Assembly (NCBI GenBank): GCA_963768225.1
Contig: CAVYGV010000005.1
Coordinates: forward strand, 347,184 to 411,183
DNA length: 64,000 bases
Reading direction: 5' to 3'
DNA from: an uncultured Alphaproteobacteria bacterium
GTDB lineage: Bacteria > Pseudomonadota > Alphaproteobacteria > Rhizobiales > Xanthobacteraceae
The notes beneath the pieces are model-generated. The model searched no databases, was not told where the DNA came from, and worked only from the letters and a program-made list of their open reading frames with translations. This document shows positions 62,654 through 64,000 of the stretch, piece after piece. The position numbers and the translations under genes were made by a program. Every line of letters begins with the position of its first letter. Position 1 is the first letter of the stretch.

Positions 62654-63695
62654 ATGAACAGCATGCAACGCAGCCGTATTGCGCGTTCAATCGTCGCCGC
62701 GACTGCCTTCGCCTTGGCGCTGCCGCTCGGCGCGGCGCGGGCGCAAAGCCAAACCTACGAGATGAAGATTTCGACCCCGACCATCAACGACGTTCCCGAT
62801 ACCTGGGCCAGGAACTACGGCGCGGCGCTGGAAAAGGATTCCGGCGGCCGCATCAAGGTCCAGGTTTATCCCGCGAGTTCAGCTCGGCTCGATCCCGCGG
62901 CAGATCGAAGGCACGCAGTTCGGCGCGATTCAGTGCGAAGTCGTTCCGCCGGAGTTTATGGTTGGTCTCGACGAGCGTTTCGAGGTCATGGCCGCTCCCG
63001 GGCTTGTCGATTCCCAATTGCACGGCCAGCGCGTCGCCGCCGATCCCGGGGTGCTCAAGCTGATGCTCGGGCTCGGCGCCGACAAAGGGCTGCATGGCGT
63101 CGGATTGTTTATGGCTATGCCGTCCGAAGTTATCTCAAAAACTCCCATCCGCCATCTCGCTGACTTCAAGGGCAAAAAGATCAGGATTTTCGCTTCGCAA
63201 TTCCAAAGCGTGGCGTTCGAGCGTCTGGGCGTCACGCCGGTGGCAATGAGTCTCGGTGATGTCGTGCCCGCTATTCAGCAGGGTGCTATCGACGGCGCGG
63301 TCAGCGGGATGGGTCCCTTTGCCCACATGCACTTTGTCGACGCCGCGAAATACATTACGCTGACCGACCAGCCGGGAATCTTCATAATCGCGGAAGTCAA
63401 CAAGAAATGGTACAACTCTCTGCCCAAGGATCTGCAAGAGATCGTTGATAAGGACGCCGCGACGCAGTCCGTGGCCATCAATCCGTTTGCAGTCAAGTCG
63501 CTCAACGACGATTTCACCAGCTGGACTGGCGCCGGCGGCGAACTGATCAGCCTGCCGCCTGCCGAAAAAACTGCGATGATGAGAACCCTTGCGAACGTCG
63601 CCCCGGACGTGTCGAACAAAGATCCGAATCTTGCTGCGGCCTACAAGATCGTCGCGGACGCCGCGGCGCGGTCGCGACAGGCTCCGAGCCAGTAA
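62654..63695 (+). pseudogene. TRAP transporter substrate-binding protein (DctP family), split by a 1-nt frameshift
   Basis: The start MNSMQRSRIA.. with a signal peptide is in one frame. After ..KVQVYPAS the family sequence QLGSIPRQIEGTQFGAIQCEVVPPEFMVGL continues in another frame. Removing one T of TT at 62878-62879 restores it. Confidence 0.75.
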
Positions 63696-63838
63696 CCGGA
63701 AACGGCCCGGCGTCGTTGCGGCAGACGGGCGGCGACGGCAATTTCACGACTCTGGTCGCGGAATGCTGTATTGTGCCGCACTCGGCAAGACAAGTTCGAC
63801 GCTGCCTCGCCGCAGATGGCTCGGCTGTCAGGGAGGAA

Positions 63839-64000
63839 ATGATGAAGTTCAGAAATCGTGGGGGTATCGCGAGTTCGTTCGGCGCGACCGGCGCCGTCGT
63901 CATGGCCTTGGCGCTGTTGCTCGGCGGGGCGCAAGGCCAAGACAAGACTTATGAGTTGAAGATTTCGACGCCGACCATTCACGACGTTCCCGATAAATTT
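63839..64000 (+). CDS. TRAP transporter substrate-binding protein (DctP family) paralog, 3' end truncated by the window end
   Basis: GGGAGGAA upstream. MMKFRNRGG..signal..QDKTYELKISTPTIHDVPDKF parallels QSQTYEMKISTPTINDVPDTW of the upstream paralog. Confidence 0.8.
   Translation, partial: MMKFRNRGGIASSFGATGAVVMALALLLGGAQGQDKTYELKISTPTIHDVPDKF

Overview
This is a visibly GC-rich bacterial chromosomal window. Gene content suggests an alphaproteobacterium of the Hyphomicrobiales type (Bug/TctC binding proteins, CpdR, HisN-type histidinol phosphatase, a ROSE-like hsp20 leader); this taxonomic call is an inference. I found no rRNA, tRNA or CRISPR array.

Layout from left to right:
- Three tandem diheme cytochrome c paralogs, the first cut by the window edge.
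- Envelope genes: acyltransferase-3, galU, a lytic transglycosylase and an SGNH/DUF459 protein.
- gltBD on the minus strand.
- A small accessory patch at 14.6-18.7 kb. It holds an exosortase-family gene, two unannotated 53-aa genes inside a 287-bp tandem duplication, a fatty-acid hydroxylase and an IS630 element.
- A mixed metabolic and stress block: DoxX, threonine aldolase, LLM oxidoreductase, hydrolases, rhodanese, hsp20, hisN and an N-formylglutamate amidohydrolase.
- Signalling genes: cpdR, an MCP with a standalone Cache protein, and a hybrid histidine kinase that sits between an ornithine cyclodeaminase gene and a remnant of a paralog.
- Aromatic and N-compound catabolism: a CoxL/XDH-like large subunit, formamidase, a gentisate-dioxygenase-like cupin, hmgA, two Bug proteins and an acyl-CoA dehydrogenase.
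- A surface-polysaccharide locus at 49.6-62.5 kb: a WecA-like GT4, an O-antigen ligase family protein, gmhB, gmhA, a wHTH regulator, an RfaH-like NusG paralog, an ABC exporter, cysD, cysNC, an epimerase and a frameshifted CapD-like dehydratase.
- Two DctP-type TRAP binding-protein paralogs. The first is frameshifted and the second is cut by the window end.

The best candidate for something undescribed is the exosortase module. Its two twin substrates consist of little more than a signal peptide plus a PEP-CTERM-like (PGP + TM + RxxRR) sorting signal. They fall below the 60-aa cutoff of the ORF track. Between the two copies their conserved blocks differ only by synonymous substitutions.

Other notable calls:
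- A candidate sRNA with three CCUCC motifs.
- A ROSE-like thermometer with a sigma32-type promoter upstream of hsp20.
- An ops-like element downstream of the rfaH-like gene.
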